Assembly (NCBI RefSeq): GCF_053078305.1
Contig: NZ_CP166879.1
Length of the DNA: 64,000 nt
Reading direction: 5' to 3' (one strand)
This document shows, piece by piece, positions 8,914 to 22,305 of the stretch (its first letter is position 1; every line of letters begins with the position of its first letter). Under the pieces are notes generated by a model. It was not told where the DNA came from, did no database searches, and was given only the letters and a program-made list of their open reading frames with translations. The translations under genes and the position numbers were made by a program.

Positions 8914-9411
8914 ATGCTGAAACCAGAAATGATTGAAAAACTTAATGAGCAGATGAACCTGGAACTGTACTCTTCACTGCTTTATCAGCAAATGAGCGCC
9001 TGGTGCAGCTATCATACCTTCGAAGGTGCTGCCGCGTTCCTGCGCCGTCACGCCCAGGAAGAGATGACGCATATGCAGCGTCTGTTTGATTACCTGACTG
9101 ATACCGGCAATTTACCGCGTATTAATACCGTTGAATCTCCGTTTGCTGAATATTCCTCACTTGATGAATTATTCCAGGAAACCTATAAACACGAACAATT
9201 AATCACCCAGAAAATTAACGAACTGGCTCATGCTGCAATGACCAATCAGGACTACCCAACATTTAATTTCCTGCAATGGTATGTTTCTGAGCAGCATGAA
9301 GAAGAGAAACTGTTCAAATCGATTATTGATAAATTAAGCCTGGCAGGCAAAAGCGGCGAAGGTCTGTATTTTATCGACAAAGAACTCTCTACCCTCGACA
9401 CACAAAACTAA
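8914..9411 (+). CDS. ftnA: ferritin FtnA
   Basis: [17 protein letters not shown]... ferritin sequence; start at internal Met of the supplied ORF. Confidence 0.95.
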
Positions 9412-9418
9412 TGCTCTC

Positions 9419-9440
9419 CGGCGGCAGGTTTTCTGCCGCC
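9419..9440. terminator. bidirectional terminator between ftnA and yecH
   Basis: Hairpin ggcggcaggttttctgccgcc. Confidence 0.6.
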
Positions 9441-9448
9441 GTTTCAAA

Positions 9449-9688
9449 TCAGTGACGGCAAATCTTACTCTGATCGGTCGAAAAACCTTCTTCTGAAGGT
9501 ATAAATTTGCCTTTTGCTGCCAGAAACGCTACCAGCTCTCCCGCTGTCATCCCTTCTGCCGAGCAAGTGTGAAAACGTGCCTGTTCACCAAAACGCGCTT
9601 TAATCGCAGCTTCCAGACTGGCATGCGTATATTGCTCGCCTGATTCAATCATCATATTTAACACTTCATGACCGTGAATAGAGTCCAT
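9449..9688 (-). CDS. yecH: DUF2492 protein YecH
   Basis: 79 aa ORF; synteny. Confidence 0.85.
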   Translation of the reverse strand: MDSIHGHEVLNMMIESGEQYTHASLEAAIKARFGEQARFHTCSAEGMTAGELVAFLAAKGKFIPSEEGFSTDQSKICRH

Positions 9689-9769
9689 CGTTCCTCCTCA
9701 AAAAAAAGCCTAGCGTAGCGATTACCGCTTATGAAGACTTTGCGCCAGCGCAGGACTGAATGCTTTTAT

Positions 9770-9787
9770 TGTACATTTAAATTTACA
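9770..9787. promoter_or_regulatory. TyrR box upstream of tyrP
   Basis: TGTACATTTAAATTTACA fits TGTAAA-N6-TTTACA. Confidence 0.6.
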
Positions 9788-9878
9788 CCATATGTAACGT
9801 CGGTTTGACGAAGCAGCCGTTATGCCTTAACCTGCGCCGCAGATATCACTCATAAAGATCGTCAGGACAGAAGAAAGC

Positions 9879-11090
9879 GTGAAAAACAGAACCCTGGGAA
9901 GTGTTTTTATCGTGGCGGGAACCACAATTGGCGCAGGCATGCTGGCAATGCCGCTGGCTGCGGCCGGTGTTGGTTTTAGCGTTACTTTAATCTTGTTGAT
10001 TGGGCTTTGGGCGTTGATGTGCTACACGGCGCTATTACTACTGGAGGTGTACCAGCATGTTCCGGCAGATACCGGTCTGGGCACGCTGGCAAAACGCTAT
10101 CTGGGACGCTACGGTCAATGGCTGACGGGCTTCAGTATGATGTTCTTAATGTATGCTCTGACTGCGGCATACATCAGCGGTGCCGGTGAATTGTTGGCCT
10201 CCAGCATCAGCGACTGGACAGGTATTTCAATGTCGGCAACCGCTGGCGTGCTGTTGTTCACTTTTGTTGCCGGTGGCGTGGTTTGTGTCGGGACATCGCT
10301 GGTCGATTTATTTAACCGTTTTCTGTTCAGCGCCAAAATTATTTTTCTGGTGGTGATGCTGGTATTGCTGCTACCGCATATTCACAAAGTGAATCTTTTA
10401 ACCCTGCCGTTGCAACAGGGGCTGGCACTGTCTGCAATCCCGGTGATTTTTACGTCGTTTGGTTTTCACGGTAGCGTGCCGAGTATTGTCAGCTATATGG
10501 ATGGCAACATTCGTAAGCTACGCTGGGTGTTTATAACCGGTAGTGCGATCCCCCTGGTGGCATATATTTTCTGGCAGGTGGCGACGCTTGGCAGCATTGA
10601 TTCAACAACCTTTATGGGATTGCTGGCTAATCATGCCGGATTAAACGGGCTGTTACAGGCGTTACGCGAAATGGTGGCCTCTCCGCATGTTGAGCTGGCA
10701 GTGCATTTATTTGCTGATTTAGCCCTCGCCACGTCATTTCTCGGCGTTGCGTTAGGCTTATTTGATTATCTGGCTGATTTGTTTCAGCGTTCAAATACCG
10801 TTGGTGGAAGATTGCAAACGGGTGCAATTACCTTTCTGCCGCCGTTGGCGTTTGCACTGTTTTATCCACGAGGATTTGTGATGGCGCTGGGTTACGCCGG
10901 TGTGGCGCTGGCGGTACTGGCATTGATTATCCCTTCACTATTGACCTGGCAAAGCAGAAAGCACAATCCTCAGGCGGGTTACCGGGTCAAAGGTGGTCGT
11001 CCGGCGCTGGTGGTGGTGTTTCTCTGTGGTATTGCTGTGATTGGCGTGCAATTTTTGATTGCGGCAGGGTTGTTACCAGAAGTGGGGTGA
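9879..11090 (+). CDS. tyrP: tyrosine-specific transporter TyrP
   Basis: 403 aa multi-pass membrane protein; synteny. Confidence 0.95.
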   Translation: MKNRTLGSVFIVAGTTIGAGMLAMPLAAAGVGFSVTLILLIGLWALMCYTALLLLEVYQHVPADTGLGTLAKRYLGRYGQWLTGFSMMFLMYALTAAYISGAGELLASSISDWTGISMSATAGVLLFTFVAGGVVCVGTSLVDLFNRFLFSAKIIFLVVMLVLLLPHIHKVNLLTLPLQQGLALSAIPVIFTSFGFHGSVPSIVSYMDGNIRKLRWVFITGSAIPLVAYIFWQVATLGSIDSTTFMGLLANHAGLNGLLQALREMVASPHVELAVHLFADLALATSFLGVALGLFDYLADLFQRSNTVGGRLQTGAITFLPPLAFALFYPRGFVMALGYAGVALAVLALIIPSLLTWQSRKHNPQAGYRVKGGRPALVVVFLCGIAVIGVQFLIAAGLLPEVG

Positions 11091-11151
11091 TTAGATAGCC
11101 TCAAATTCCTTATTGGGTGCCAGAATTAACGCTGACACCCAATTTGACTTC

Positions 11152-11817
11152 TTAATGCAGGCAGCACTGCTTAAATTTCTTACCACTACCGCACGGGCAA
11201 GGATCGTTACGCCCCGGTTTCTCTTCTGCTTTGATCGGTTGCTGAACAGATTTTTCCTGCGGATGCGCCATCCAGTACGCATGTAGATCAAGCGCCGCCA
11301 GTCGAATGGCATCTACGCTCTCTTCAAACGCTTCTGGCGACATCTTCTCTACCCGCTCGAAGTTTTCCTCAGTACCGTGCAGCGCAATCGCCTCCAGCGC
11401 TGGTTTTAACGAATCGGGCAATGTTGACCAGTCAGAAAGTGCCACGCCCCGCATATAGCCAAAGCACCACTCCTCAACAATCGTCAGCTCGCTGCCATCA
11501 ACTTCTCGCAAGCCGAATAACGGCTCAAACTGCTCCGGGAATTCGTTCAGACGCTCTGCGGTATCGGCCATATGTTGAAAAGCCAGGTTCATAAAGCGCG
11601 TCATCTCTTTCTCTGACGCCCAGCGCGGCACATAGTCAGCCCCACCCCACACGGCAACCAGCCACTGTGCCGGTTCAATCTCTTGCGGAGAACTCAACAC
11701 CGCCGTCAATAAACCGTCCAGCTCCGCCACATCAAGGATGGCGTGGTCAGTGTTGTATTTGGTCAGAATATCGTCCAGCCATTCCAACTCACTTTCGTTT
11801 AACGGTCCCGTTTTCAT
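11152..11817 (-). CDS. yecA: SEC-C motif protein YecA
   Basis: 221 aa; C-terminal [13 protein letters not shown]. Confidence 0.9.
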   Translation of the reverse strand: MKTGPLNESELEWLDDILTKYNTDHAILDVAELDGLLTAVLSSPQEIEPAQWLVAVWGGADYVPRWASEKEMTRFMNLAFQHMADTAERLNEFPEQFEPLFGLREVDGSELTIVEEWCFGYMRGVALSDWSTLPDSLKPALEAIALHGTEENFERVEKMSPEAFEESVDAIRLAALDLHAYWMAHPQEKSVQQPIKAEEKPGRNDPCPCGSGKKFKQCCLH

Positions 11818-12012
11818 ACGCTTTTCCTTGTGGATCTCAACTCGCCAGCACCTATCTTACATGCCGGTCCGTATCAGAGATACTTTTTGAGTGGCTTTGC
11901 CGGTGATTAAAAATCAAGGTGGGTGTAACGACAAGTTGCAGGCACAAAAAAACCACCCGAAGGTGGTTTCACGACACTGCTTATTGCTTTGATTTTATTC
12001 TTATCTTTCCCA

Positions 12013-12099
12013 TGGTACCCGGAGCGGGACTTGAACCCGCACAGCGCGAACGCCGAGGGATTTTAAATCCCTTGTGTCTACCGATTCCACCATCCGGGC
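12013..12099 (-). tRNA. leuZ: tRNA-Leu
   Basis: 87 nt; reverse complement matches tRNA-Leu with long variable arm and CCA end. Confidence 0.9.
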
Positions 12100-12111
12100 T
12101 CGGGAAGAAAG

Positions 12112-12185
12112 TGGAGGCGCGTTCCGGAGTCGAACCGGACTAGACGGATTTGCAATCCGCTACATAACCGCTTTGTTAACGCGCC
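12112..12185 (-). tRNA. cysT: tRNA-Cys
   Basis: 74 nt; reverse complement GGCGCGTTAACAAAGCGG...CTCCA. Confidence 0.9.
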
Positions 12186-12238
12186 AAATTCTTCAGGCCT
12201 TTCAGCCAGACATCCGCTGACGCCGATGTCTTTTAAAC

Positions 12239-12314
<76 letters not shown>

Positions 12315-12465
12315 ATTCATCAAGCAATCAGTTAATCACTTGATTTTATTATCGTCTGGCAATCAGTGCCGCCGTTCGATGCGTTGCATTCTACTTACCT
12401 GGCGCGATGAGTCAACGATATTTTTCACCACTTTTGATCGTTTGCTGAAAATTGCGCCGAAACGA

Positions 12466-13014
12466 TCACTGATCAAGCAAATCTGCACGCGCAGCGCTCA
12501 AATATTGCAACATTGACCACAGAGTCAGTACCGCAGCCACAAAGAAAAGTGCAATACCGGCGTACTCAACCCAAATGTTCGGACGCCACAGCAGCCATGC
12601 CAACGCCACCATCTGGGCAGTGGTTTTCACTTTCCCAATCCAGGAGACAGCCACGCTACTGCGTTTACCCAACTCCGCCATCCATTCGCGTAGCGCAGAA
12701 ATAATAATTTCACGGGCGATCATCGTTGCCGCCGGTAAGGTCACCCACCAGCTGTGGTAATGCTCGGTTACCAGCACCATGGCGATAGCCACGAGAACTT
12801 TATCTGCTACAGGGTCAAGGAAAGCACCAAACCGGGTACTCTGGTTCCAGCGGCGTGCCAGAAAACCATCGAACCAGTCAGTCACCGCCGCGACGCAGAA
12901 AATGAGCGCGGCGGCAAACGGCGACCAGGTGACAGGCAGATAAAAGACCAATACAAAGAATGGGATAAGGATGACACGGAACAGTGTAAGCAACGTAGGG
13001 ATATTAAATTGCAT
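12466..13014 (-). CDS. pgsA: CDP-diacylglycerol--glycerol-3-phosphate 3-phosphatidyltransferase
   Basis: 182 aa; CDP-alcohol phosphatidyltransferase motif; synteny with uvrC. Confidence 0.95.
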
Positions 13015-13070
13015 AATGACGGGTAACTATCTGTTGTCAGTAAGATTACCCCTATGTTGCTACAGAGACA

Positions 13071-14903
13071 TCAATGTTTCAACGACCAGAAGATCTTTTC
13101 TGCCAGACCTTGCGAAATACCCGGCACTTTTGCAATTTCCTCGACGCTGGCGTTACGTAAACCTTGCAAACCGCCCATATATTTCAACAACATTTGCCGA
13201 CGTTTTGGCCCGACGCCTTCAATGGTTTCCAGGGAACTGGTATTTTTGACCTTCGCCCGTTTTTTACGGTGCCCGCCAATCGCGTGATCGTGTGATTCAT
13301 CGCGAATATGCTGGATAACATGCAGCGCGGGAGAATCTGGCGGCAAACTGAATCCCTCACCTTCCGGCTCAAAGAACAGCGTTTCCAGCCCAGCCTTACG
13401 ATCTGCTCCTTTGGCAACGCCAAGTAGCAGCGGATGATTTTTATCCCATGAGACATCCAGTTCGGCGAAGACATTTTTCGCCTGCGCAAGCTGGCCTTTG
13501 CCGCCGTCGATAAGTATCACATCCGGGATCTTACTGTCGTCGATGGCTTTACCATAACGCCGACGCAGCACCTGATTCATCGCCGCATAATCATCGCCCG
13601 GCGTGATGCCAGTAATGTTATAGCGCCGATACTCCGCACGCAGCGGGCCGTTAGCATCAAACACCACACAGGAAGCGACGGTTTGTTCACCCATGGTATG
13701 GCTGATGTCAAAGCACTCCATCCGCTTCACTTCCGGCAATTTCAACACGCTGGCAAGTGCTGTAAGCCGCTGGTGAACGGTAGATTGCTGCGAAAGTTTG
13801 CTGGTTAAGGCCGTCGCCGCATTGGTGCGCGCGAGTTTCAGGTAACGCGCCCTATCGCCGCGAGGTTTGGTTTGAACATTAATCTTGCGTCCCGCCAGTT
13901 CTGAAAGGGAATCGGCGAGCAGCGTTTTATCGCTAAGATTAAAATCGAGCAGGATCTCACCCGGTAAGGTGCGCATCTGGCTGCCTTGTAAATAGAACTG
14001 TCCTACGAAGGTTTCCACCACCTCGCTCAGTTCCGTACCGCCAGGCACTTTCGGGAAATAGCTGCGGCTGCCAAGCACTTTGCCCTGACGAATGAACAAT
14101 ACGTGGACACAAGCCATGCCCGCATCGAACGCCACACCAATAACGTCAAGGTCGTCGCCGGTATTGGAAACAAACTGTTTTTCGGTGACGCGTCGCACCG
14201 CCTGAATTTGGTCGCGAATACGTGCCGCTTCTTCAAACTCCAGATTGTGACTGGCAGTTTCCATACGGCTAATCAGTTGCGTAAGCACCTGATCATCTTT
14301 GCCAGACAAAAACAGGCGCACATACTCGACCTGCTGAGCGTATTCTTCTTCACTAACCAGTCCTTCAACGCACGGTCCCAGACAGCGCCCTATCTGATAT
14401 TGCAGACATGGACGCGAGCGATTGCGATAAACACTATTTTCGCACTGGCGAATGGGGAAAATCTTTTGCAGTAGCGCCAGTGTTTCACGTACGGCATAGC
14501 CATTCGGGAACGGGCCGAAATATTCACCTTTGGCATGCTTCGCACCACGATGCATCGCCAGACGCGGGTGGGTATCGCCACTCAGGAAGATAAAAGGATA
14601 TGATTTATCATCGCGTAGCAAAACATTGTAACGCGGCTGATAGAGTTTGATGTAGTTGTGTTCCAGCAACAGCGCTTCGGTTTCTGTATGAGTAACCGTT
14701 ACATCAATTTGCTGGATCTGGGCGACCAGCGCTTCGGTTTTGCGCGAAGCGAGGTTGCTACGGAAATAGCTGGAAAGCCGTTTTTTCAGGTCTTTCGCTT
14801 TGCCGACATAGATAACCGTACCACCAGCATCGTACATGCGATAAACGCCAGGCTGGCTGGTTACGGTTTTTAAAAACGCTTTTGCGTCAAACTGATCACT
14901 CAC
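13071..14903 (-). CDS. uvrC: excinuclease ABC subunit C
   Basis: 610 aa; GIY-YIG N-terminus. Confidence 0.95.
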   Translation of the reverse strand: MSDQFDAKAFLKTVTSQPGVYRMYDAGGTVIYVGKAKDLKKRLSSYFRSNLASRKTEALVAQIQQIDVTVTHTETEALLLEHNYIKLYQPRYNVLLRDDKSYPFIFLSGDTHPRLAMHRGAKHAKGEYFGPFPNGYAVRETLALLQKIFPIRQCENSVYRNRSRPCLQYQIGRCLGPCVEGLVSEEEYAQQVEYVRLFLSGKDDQVLTQLISRMETASHNLEFEEAARIRDQIQAVRRVTEKQFVSNTGDDLDVIGVAFDAGMACVHVLFIRQGKVLGSRSYFPKVPGGTELSEVVETFVGQFYLQGSQMRTLPGEILLDFNLSDKTLLADSLSELAGRKINVQTKPRGDRARYLKLARTNAATALTSKLSQQSTVHQRLTALASVLKLPEVKRMECFDISHTMGEQTVASCVVFDANGPLRAEYRRYNITGITPGDDYAAMNQVLRRRYGKAIDDSKIPDVILIDGGKGQLAQAKNVFAELDVSWDKNHPLLLGVAKGADRKAGLETLFFEPEGEGFSLPPDSPALHVIQHIRDESHDHAIGGHRKKRAKVKNTSSLETIEGVGPKRRQMLLKYMGGLQGLRNASVEEIAKVPGISQGLAEKIFWSLKH

Positions 14904-15556
14904 TGACTTGATAATGTCTCCGCATTACACAGACCATGGCGAATTGCCAGGTGAGTCAGCTCAACATCGCCATGAATGTTTAGTTTACTGAACATACGAT
15001 AGCGGTAGCTGTTCACCGTTTTCGGACTGAGATTGAGCTGTTCTGAGATCTCATTGACCTTCTGGCCCTTGGTGATCATCAGCATAATCTGCAATTCACG
15101 TTCAGACAAACTGGCAAATGGGCTTTCTGTTTTTTCTGGTTCGATCTGGCTTAACGCCATTTGTTGAGCGATGTCAGAAGCAATGTAACGCTGCCCTGAA
15201 TAGACAGAACGGATCGCACTCACGACTTCCTGCGGAGCCGCGCCTTTGCTGAGGTAGCCCGCAGCACCGGCCTGCATGACTTTCGCTGGTAAAGGGTTTT
15301 CTGTATGGACGGTAAGCATGATGATTTTTACATCAGCTGTGGAACGCGCGATTTTACGCGTCGCCTCAAGACCGCCAATGCCCGGCATACTCATGTCCAT
15401 TAGCACCACGTCAACGGCATTTGCCCGGCACCACTTAACGGCGTCTTCACCGCACGATGCCTCACCGACGACTTTTATACCCTTTATATCTTCCAGAATG
15501 CGTCGTATCCCTGCGCGCACCAGTTCGTGGTCATCAACAAGTAGAACGTTGATCAA
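14900..15556 (-). CDS. uvrY: response regulator UvrY
   Basis: 218 aa; receiver domain plus LuxR-type HTH. Confidence 0.95.
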   Translation of the reverse strand: MINVLLVDDHELVRAGIRRILEDIKGIKVVGEASCGEDAVKWCRANAVDVVLMDMSMPGIGGLEATRKIARSTADVKIIMLTVHTENPLPAKVMQAGAAGYLSKGAAPQEVVSAIRSVYSGQRYIASDIAQQMALSQIEPEKTESPFASLSERELQIMLMITKGQKVNEISEQLNLSPKTVNSYRYRMFSKLNIHGDVELTHLAIRHGLCNAETLSSQ

Positions 15557-16014
15557 AGGAATATCTCCAGAAATAGGGATAACGCTACTGATAGTTAGTC
15601 ATTCGTATATTAGCGGTTTTTATTGCAACTTTGAAACGTTAAAAATGGTGGGTATTCGATTTTTCTCTCGTTTTTGTCAATTCGATTGTCCACAGTTATG
15701 GTCACGCCCGTCACCAACGGCTTACCGGATCGTTTCACAGTAAGCCCTGCGACGAAATGTGACAAAAATTGACTTTATTCAGCAAAAATGAAAATCAGCC
15801 CGCTGAATATGTAACATTAATTAACCCGAACAATACGGGCAAAAAACATTCATGATAAAAATATTTATTGGTCATTATATTAACGTATTTTATAGCACTG
15901 CCGATATCACGCTCAAAAAACAACCACTGCTATTTTTAGCAAAGCTTATGGTATACTCCGCCGCCTTAACATTTTTCACCGCAAATTTTCATTGCAACAT
16001 GACGAGGAAAATAA

Positions 16015-16239
16015 ATGAGTACGCCTGATTTTTCTACTGCCGAGAATAATCAAGAACTGGCAAATGAAGTCTCCTGCCTGAAAGCGATGCTGACGCTGAT
16101 GCTACAGGCGATGGGACAAGCTGATGCGGGCCGCGTGATGTTAAAGATGGAAAAACAGCTTGCGCTGATCGAAGACGAAACCCAGGCTGCAGTATTTTCC
16201 AAAACGGTTAAGCAAATTAAACAAGCCTACCGTCAGTAA
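16015..16239 (+). CDS. yecF: DUF2594 protein YecF
   Basis: 74 aa ORF; synteny. Confidence 0.85.
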
Positions 16240-16306
16240 TATAAAACCGGCTGATAGCGTACCTTTCAGCCGGTTTTTGCATCTGGCACGCAGGACAGAA
16301 AAGAGA

Positions 16307-17029
16307 TCAAATTAAGCCAGTAGCGGCCGCGTAACAGGCAACCTGGGTCTTATTTGGTGCATTAATTTTTTTCTGCATGTTTTTCTGGTGGAAATTGACC
16401 GTATTCTCAGAGATTGACAAAATCATCGCTATCTCTGCTGATGTCTTCCCTTCCGCCGTCCACCTCAGAATTTCTTTTTCGCGCTTGCTGAAATTCATCT
16501 CTGGCGTCATCACTATTTCATCATTTAAACGCATCAGAGCCATCAGACTTTCGCGCACCAGTAACTGCATTTTTAATTGCAGTTCATCACTAAGAATGGG
16601 TATTTCGCGCGCGCTGCAACGGGAAAAGGACAAAAAGCCCAGCGCCCGGTTTGGCAGCATTAAATACTGAGTGACACCGCGGCGTAAACCATGTGCGCGC
16701 GCGGCTTCCCATAACGGCTGTGCTTCGCTGAATAAGTCATCATTCCACATTAAATGGCCCTGACTAAAGTTTTCAGGGTTCAGCACCGGATCAATTGCGA
16801 GAAAGTTTTTTGCCTGATAATAACTAACCCACGCCTCAGGGTAATTGGTGTAAAAAGCCACTTTAGGTCGCGTGAATGGTACCGGGTGGCGAACACATAA
16901 CGAATAGTAATCGTACTCCAGCAGCTGAGCCTGAAGCTCTATTTCATGGTAGACCTCTTCTGCGGCCTCCATCCTCTGAAAACGCAACAGCATCGTGCGA
17001 CGCCAGCTGAAAAAATCCGTATCCTGCAT
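16307..17029 (-). CDS. sdiA: LuxR-family quorum-sensing regulator SdiA
   Basis: Translation from MQDTDFFSWRR...; autoinducer-binding and LuxR HTH. Confidence 0.95.
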   Translation of the reverse strand: MQDTDFFSWRRTMLLRFQRMEAAEEVYHEIELQAQLLEYDYYSLCVRHPVPFTRPKVAFYTNYPEAWVSYYQAKNFLAIDPVLNPENFSQGHLMWNDDLFSEAQPLWEAARAHGLRRGVTQYLMLPNRALGFLSFSRCSAREIPILSDELQLKMQLLVRESLMALMRLNDEIVMTPEMNFSKREKEILRWTAEGKTSAEIAMILSISENTVNFHQKNMQKKINAPNKTQVACYAAATGLI

Positions 17030-17258
17030 AGTAAACCGCAACGCCCCTGAGAGTGAGTATCATTTATAATGATAATTCAAACTATCACATAAATAAGATT
17101 TATATATAATTTATATTATTCAGGCAATGAATTACTTTTGCAAGCCATCGCATTCTCTTATGTTATTAATGAGTTATGCTGATTTGTTAAGCAGTTTTAT
17201 CAGGCTTGAAATGGCGTCCCGCCCCGACAGGTGAATCGTCGGGGCTGATTTTTTCTTA

Positions 17259-18011
17259 TTATTGCAGCAGAAACTTCTCGAGGAACTGGCGGGTGCGAGG
17301 CTGCTCGGGATCGGCAAATAACGCTTTTGCGGCCCCCTGCTCGACTATCCGCCCCTGGTCCATAAAGATCGCCCGGTCCGCAACATCCCGGGCAAAGCTC
17401 ATTTCGTGCGTCACAATCACCATCGTGCGCTTTTCCTGCGCCAGCTGACGGATGGTGTTCAGGACTTCGCCCACCAGCTCTGGATCCAGCGCTGACGTTG
17501 GCTCGTCAAACAAAATCACCTCAGGACGCATTGCCAGCGCACGCGCAATCGCAACACGCTGCTGTTGACCGCCAGACAAACGACGTGGATAGCTGGTTTC
17601 TTTACCTGCCAGCCCAACTTTTGCCAGCAGCTCGCGAGCGCGCGCCGTAGCCTCTTCTTTTGGTTCGCCTTTGACGATCACCGGCCCTTCAATAATGTTT
17701 TCCAGCACCGTACGATGCGGAAACAAATTAAAGTTCTGGAAGACAAACCCGACGTGCTGACGCAACTGGCGAATCAGCGATTTTTGCTGACTTAATGAAC
17801 GTGCAGTATCAATAGTGATATCGCCAACGGTGATCGTTCCCGCTTCCGGTTGTTCCAGCAGATTTATGCTGCGTAGCAACGTGGTTTTGCCGGAACCACT
17901 CGGACCGATAATAGCCACCACTTCGCCAGGCTTTACCTCGAGGTCGATACCGTGCAGCACCGTCTGACCGTGAAATTTTTTCACCAGGTTCTTAACTTCA
18001 ATGGCACTCAT
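17259..18011 (-). CDS. tcyN: cystine ABC transporter ATP-binding protein
   Basis: 250 aa; Walker A GPSGSGKTT and LSGGQQQR signature. Confidence 0.9.
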   Translation of the reverse strand: MSAIEVKNLVKKFHGQTVLHGIDLEVKPGEVVAIIGPSGSGKTTLLRSINLLEQPEAGTITVGDITIDTARSLSQQKSLIRQLRQHVGFVFQNFNLFPHRTVLENIIEGPVIVKGEPKEEATARARELLAKVGLAGKETSYPRRLSGGQQQRVAIARALAMRPEVILFDEPTSALDPELVGEVLNTIRQLAQEKRTMVIVTHEMSFARDVADRAIFMDQGRIVEQGAAKALFADPEQPRTRQFLEKFLLQ

Positions 18012-18676
18012 TTTGGTTCTCTCTCCTGGCGATTAAGTTGATTCTCAAAATGGTTCTGCAACGTTGATAATACTGTCGCCATGATCCAGTAGATGAGCGA
18101 AGCCGCCAGGTACATGGTAAACACCTCCAGCGTGCGCGAGGTAATCAACTGCGCCTGACGGAACAGCTCCGGCACCTGGATTGTCGCGGCCAGCGACGTA
18201 TCTTTTACCAGGCTGATAAAGCTGTTCGACAGCGGCGGCAACGCCACCCGCGCCGCCTGTGGCAAAATCGCGCGACGCATGGTCTGCCACGGCGTCATAC
18301 CAATACTGGCAGCTGCTTCCCACTGACCTTTATCAATAGAAGAAATGGCGGCGCGCAGCGTTTCGGCAGCATAGGCGGCAGTGTTTAGCGACAAACCAAT
18401 CATTGCTGACGGAATGGGATCTAATTCGATACCAAACTGCGGCAGGCCATAATAGATCATAAACAGTTGTGCGATGAGCGGCGTACCACGAAAAATAGAG
18501 ATATAAAAACGCGCCAGCCAGCGCACGGGCCAGATTGGCGACAGGCGCATCAGCGCGAGAATAAACCCGAGCAGTAAGCCAAAAAACATGCCGCCGATAC
18601 TGAGTTGCAGCGTATACCCAGCCCCTTTCAGCAGGAACGGCAAGGAATCAATAACCAGTTGTATACTTTCTTGCAT
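18008..18676 (-). CDS. tcyL: cystine ABC transporter permease
   Basis: 222 aa membrane protein; overlaps tcyN start. Confidence 0.9.
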   Translation of the reverse strand: MQESIQLVIDSLPFLLKGAGYTLQLSIGGMFFGLLLGFILALMRLSPIWPVRWLARFYISIFRGTPLIAQLFMIYYGLPQFGIELDPIPSAMIGLSLNTAAYAAETLRAAISSIDKGQWEAAASIGMTPWQTMRRAILPQAARVALPPLSNSFISLVKDTSLAATIQVPELFRQAQLITSRTLEVFTMYLAASLIYWIMATVLSTLQNHFENQLNRQEREPK

Positions 18677-18690
18677 GAGCGTTCCCGGAG

Positions 18691-20582
<1,892 letters not shown>

Positions 20583-20669
20583 ATTCACCCCGAATGTTGT
20601 TATGTCTGTTTGCAGTGTAGAGCCATTGTTTGTAAACACAAAAACAACTCCGCTACATCTTATTCTTAT

Positions 20670-21221
20670 TTAATATATATCAGAAGCAGGCAGGCTGGAG
20701 GATTTCTGCACAAGTCCGGTACAGGTTTGGCGCTGATAGTGTTGATACTTCCGTAACGCGATGCGGTAATTGTTGGTGCTGGTGGTGGGCAGCCACGGGG
20801 CGAGGATTTCATCAAGGAAACCGTCCTGCAGCTGATCGAGGGAAATATTTTGCTCGTGTAGATGATTCCCCAAACGGCGCAGACGAACGACATATTCACG
20901 CACCGTACCTGGGCTCATTTCAGTTTGCTCAAAAAGAAATTGCTTAAAGCCGATAATATCGAAAAAATCACTCTGCGTTTTGCAATGTAAATCACCGCAA
21001 AATCGGCACAATGCCGCCCATGATTTTTGTTCCGTTTGCCAGCCATTTTCATCAAGCAGCGTGTCCAGGCGGGAAATCTCGATTTTATTCACTATTTTGC
21101 CGTCGCGAACTAAGGTAATGCGATCGAGTAATTTACGGCAATGCGCGCAATGGGTCTGGCTGTGCTTAAAGTCTTTAAGATAGCGGCTTAATGGCCGTCT
21201 TTTCAGGTGCTGCACCATCAT
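20670..21221 (-). CDS. fliZ: regulator FliZ
   Basis: Likely start MMVQHLKRRPL; downstream of fliA. Confidence 0.9.
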   Translation of the reverse strand: MMVQHLKRRPLSRYLKDFKHSQTHCAHCRKLLDRITLVRDGKIVNKIEISRLDTLLDENGWQTEQKSWAALCRFCGDLHCKTQSDFFDIIGFKQFLFEQTEMSPGTVREYVVRLRRLGNHLHEQNISLDQLQDGFLDEILAPWLPTTSTNNYRIALRKYQHYQRQTCTGLVQKSSSLPASDIY

Positions 21222-21266
21222 TAAGAACTCCTGGTAGTCAAAGTTAAAGTGCGGCATTTACTGACG

Positions 21267-21986
21267 TTATAACTTACCCAGTTTAGTGCGTAACCGTTTA
21301 ATAGCCTGGCTGTGTAACTGACTGACCCGCGATTCCCCGACCTCCAGCACTGCACCAATCTCTTTGAGATTCAGCTCTTCCTGGTAATAGAGGGTTAATA
21401 CCAGTTTTTCGCGCTCCGGCAACGTTTCGATAGCTTCCATCACTCGCTGGCGCAGATTACTGTCCAGCAGTTGTTGTAGCGGGTTTTCTCGCTGATGATC
21501 ATCAGTAACCAGTTCGATGCTATCGCCGTGCTCTTCGCGCCACTCATCGTAGGAGAAGAGCTGGCTGTTATTGGTGTCGAGCAACATTTGGCGATAATCG
21601 GCTATATCGATCCCTAAACGTTCCGCTACCTCAGTTTCCGTGGCGTTGCGGCCAAGTTCCTGCTCCAGTTGCCCTATTGCCTGTGCCACTTCACGCGCGT
21701 TGCGTCGCACGCTGCGCGGCACCCAGTCACGGCTGCGAAGTTCATCCAGCATAGCGCCACGGATACGCTGCACTGCGTAAGTTGTAAATGCCGTTCCTTG
21801 TAGGGCGTCATAGCGTTCGACGGCATTAAGTAACCCAATGCCGCCCGCCTGTAGCAGATCGTCAAGTTCCACGCTCGCGGGCAGCCGAACCTGCAGGCGC
21901 AATGCTTCGTGACGCACCAGCGGGACATAACGCTGCCACAGCGAGTGTTTATCCATTACACCTTCAGCGGTATAGAGTGAATTCAC
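21267..21986 (-). CDS. fliA: flagellar sigma factor sigma-28
   Basis: 239 aa; sigma-70 family regions 2-4. Confidence 0.95.
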   Translation of the reverse strand: MNSLYTAEGVMDKHSLWQRYVPLVRHEALRLQVRLPASVELDDLLQAGGIGLLNAVERYDALQGTAFTTYAVQRIRGAMLDELRSRDWVPRSVRRNAREVAQAIGQLEQELGRNATETEVAERLGIDIADYRQMLLDTNNSQLFSYDEWREEHGDSIELVTDDHQRENPLQQLLDSNLRQRVMEAIETLPEREKLVLTLYYQEELNLKEIGAVLEVGESRVSQLHSQAIKRLRTKLGKL

Positions 21987-22102
21987 GATAAACAGCCCTG
22001 CGTTATATGAGTTATCGGCATGATTATCCGTTTCTGCAGGGTTTTTAATCGGACGATTAGTGGGTGAAATGAGGGGTTATTTGGGGGTTACCGGTAAATT
22101 GC

Positions 22103-22132
22103 GGACAGAAAAAACCCCGCCGGTGGCGGGGA
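22103..22132 (-). terminator. rho-independent terminator downstream of fliC
   Basis: Hairpin ccccgccaccggcgggg followed by T-run on the minus strand. Confidence 0.7.
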
Positions 22133-22163
22133 AGCACGTTGCTGACAAATTGCGCTTTATGTT

Positions 22164-22262
<99 letters not shown>

Positions 22263-22305
22263 AATTTGGCGTTGCCGTCAGTCTCAGTTAATCAGGTTAC
22301 GACGA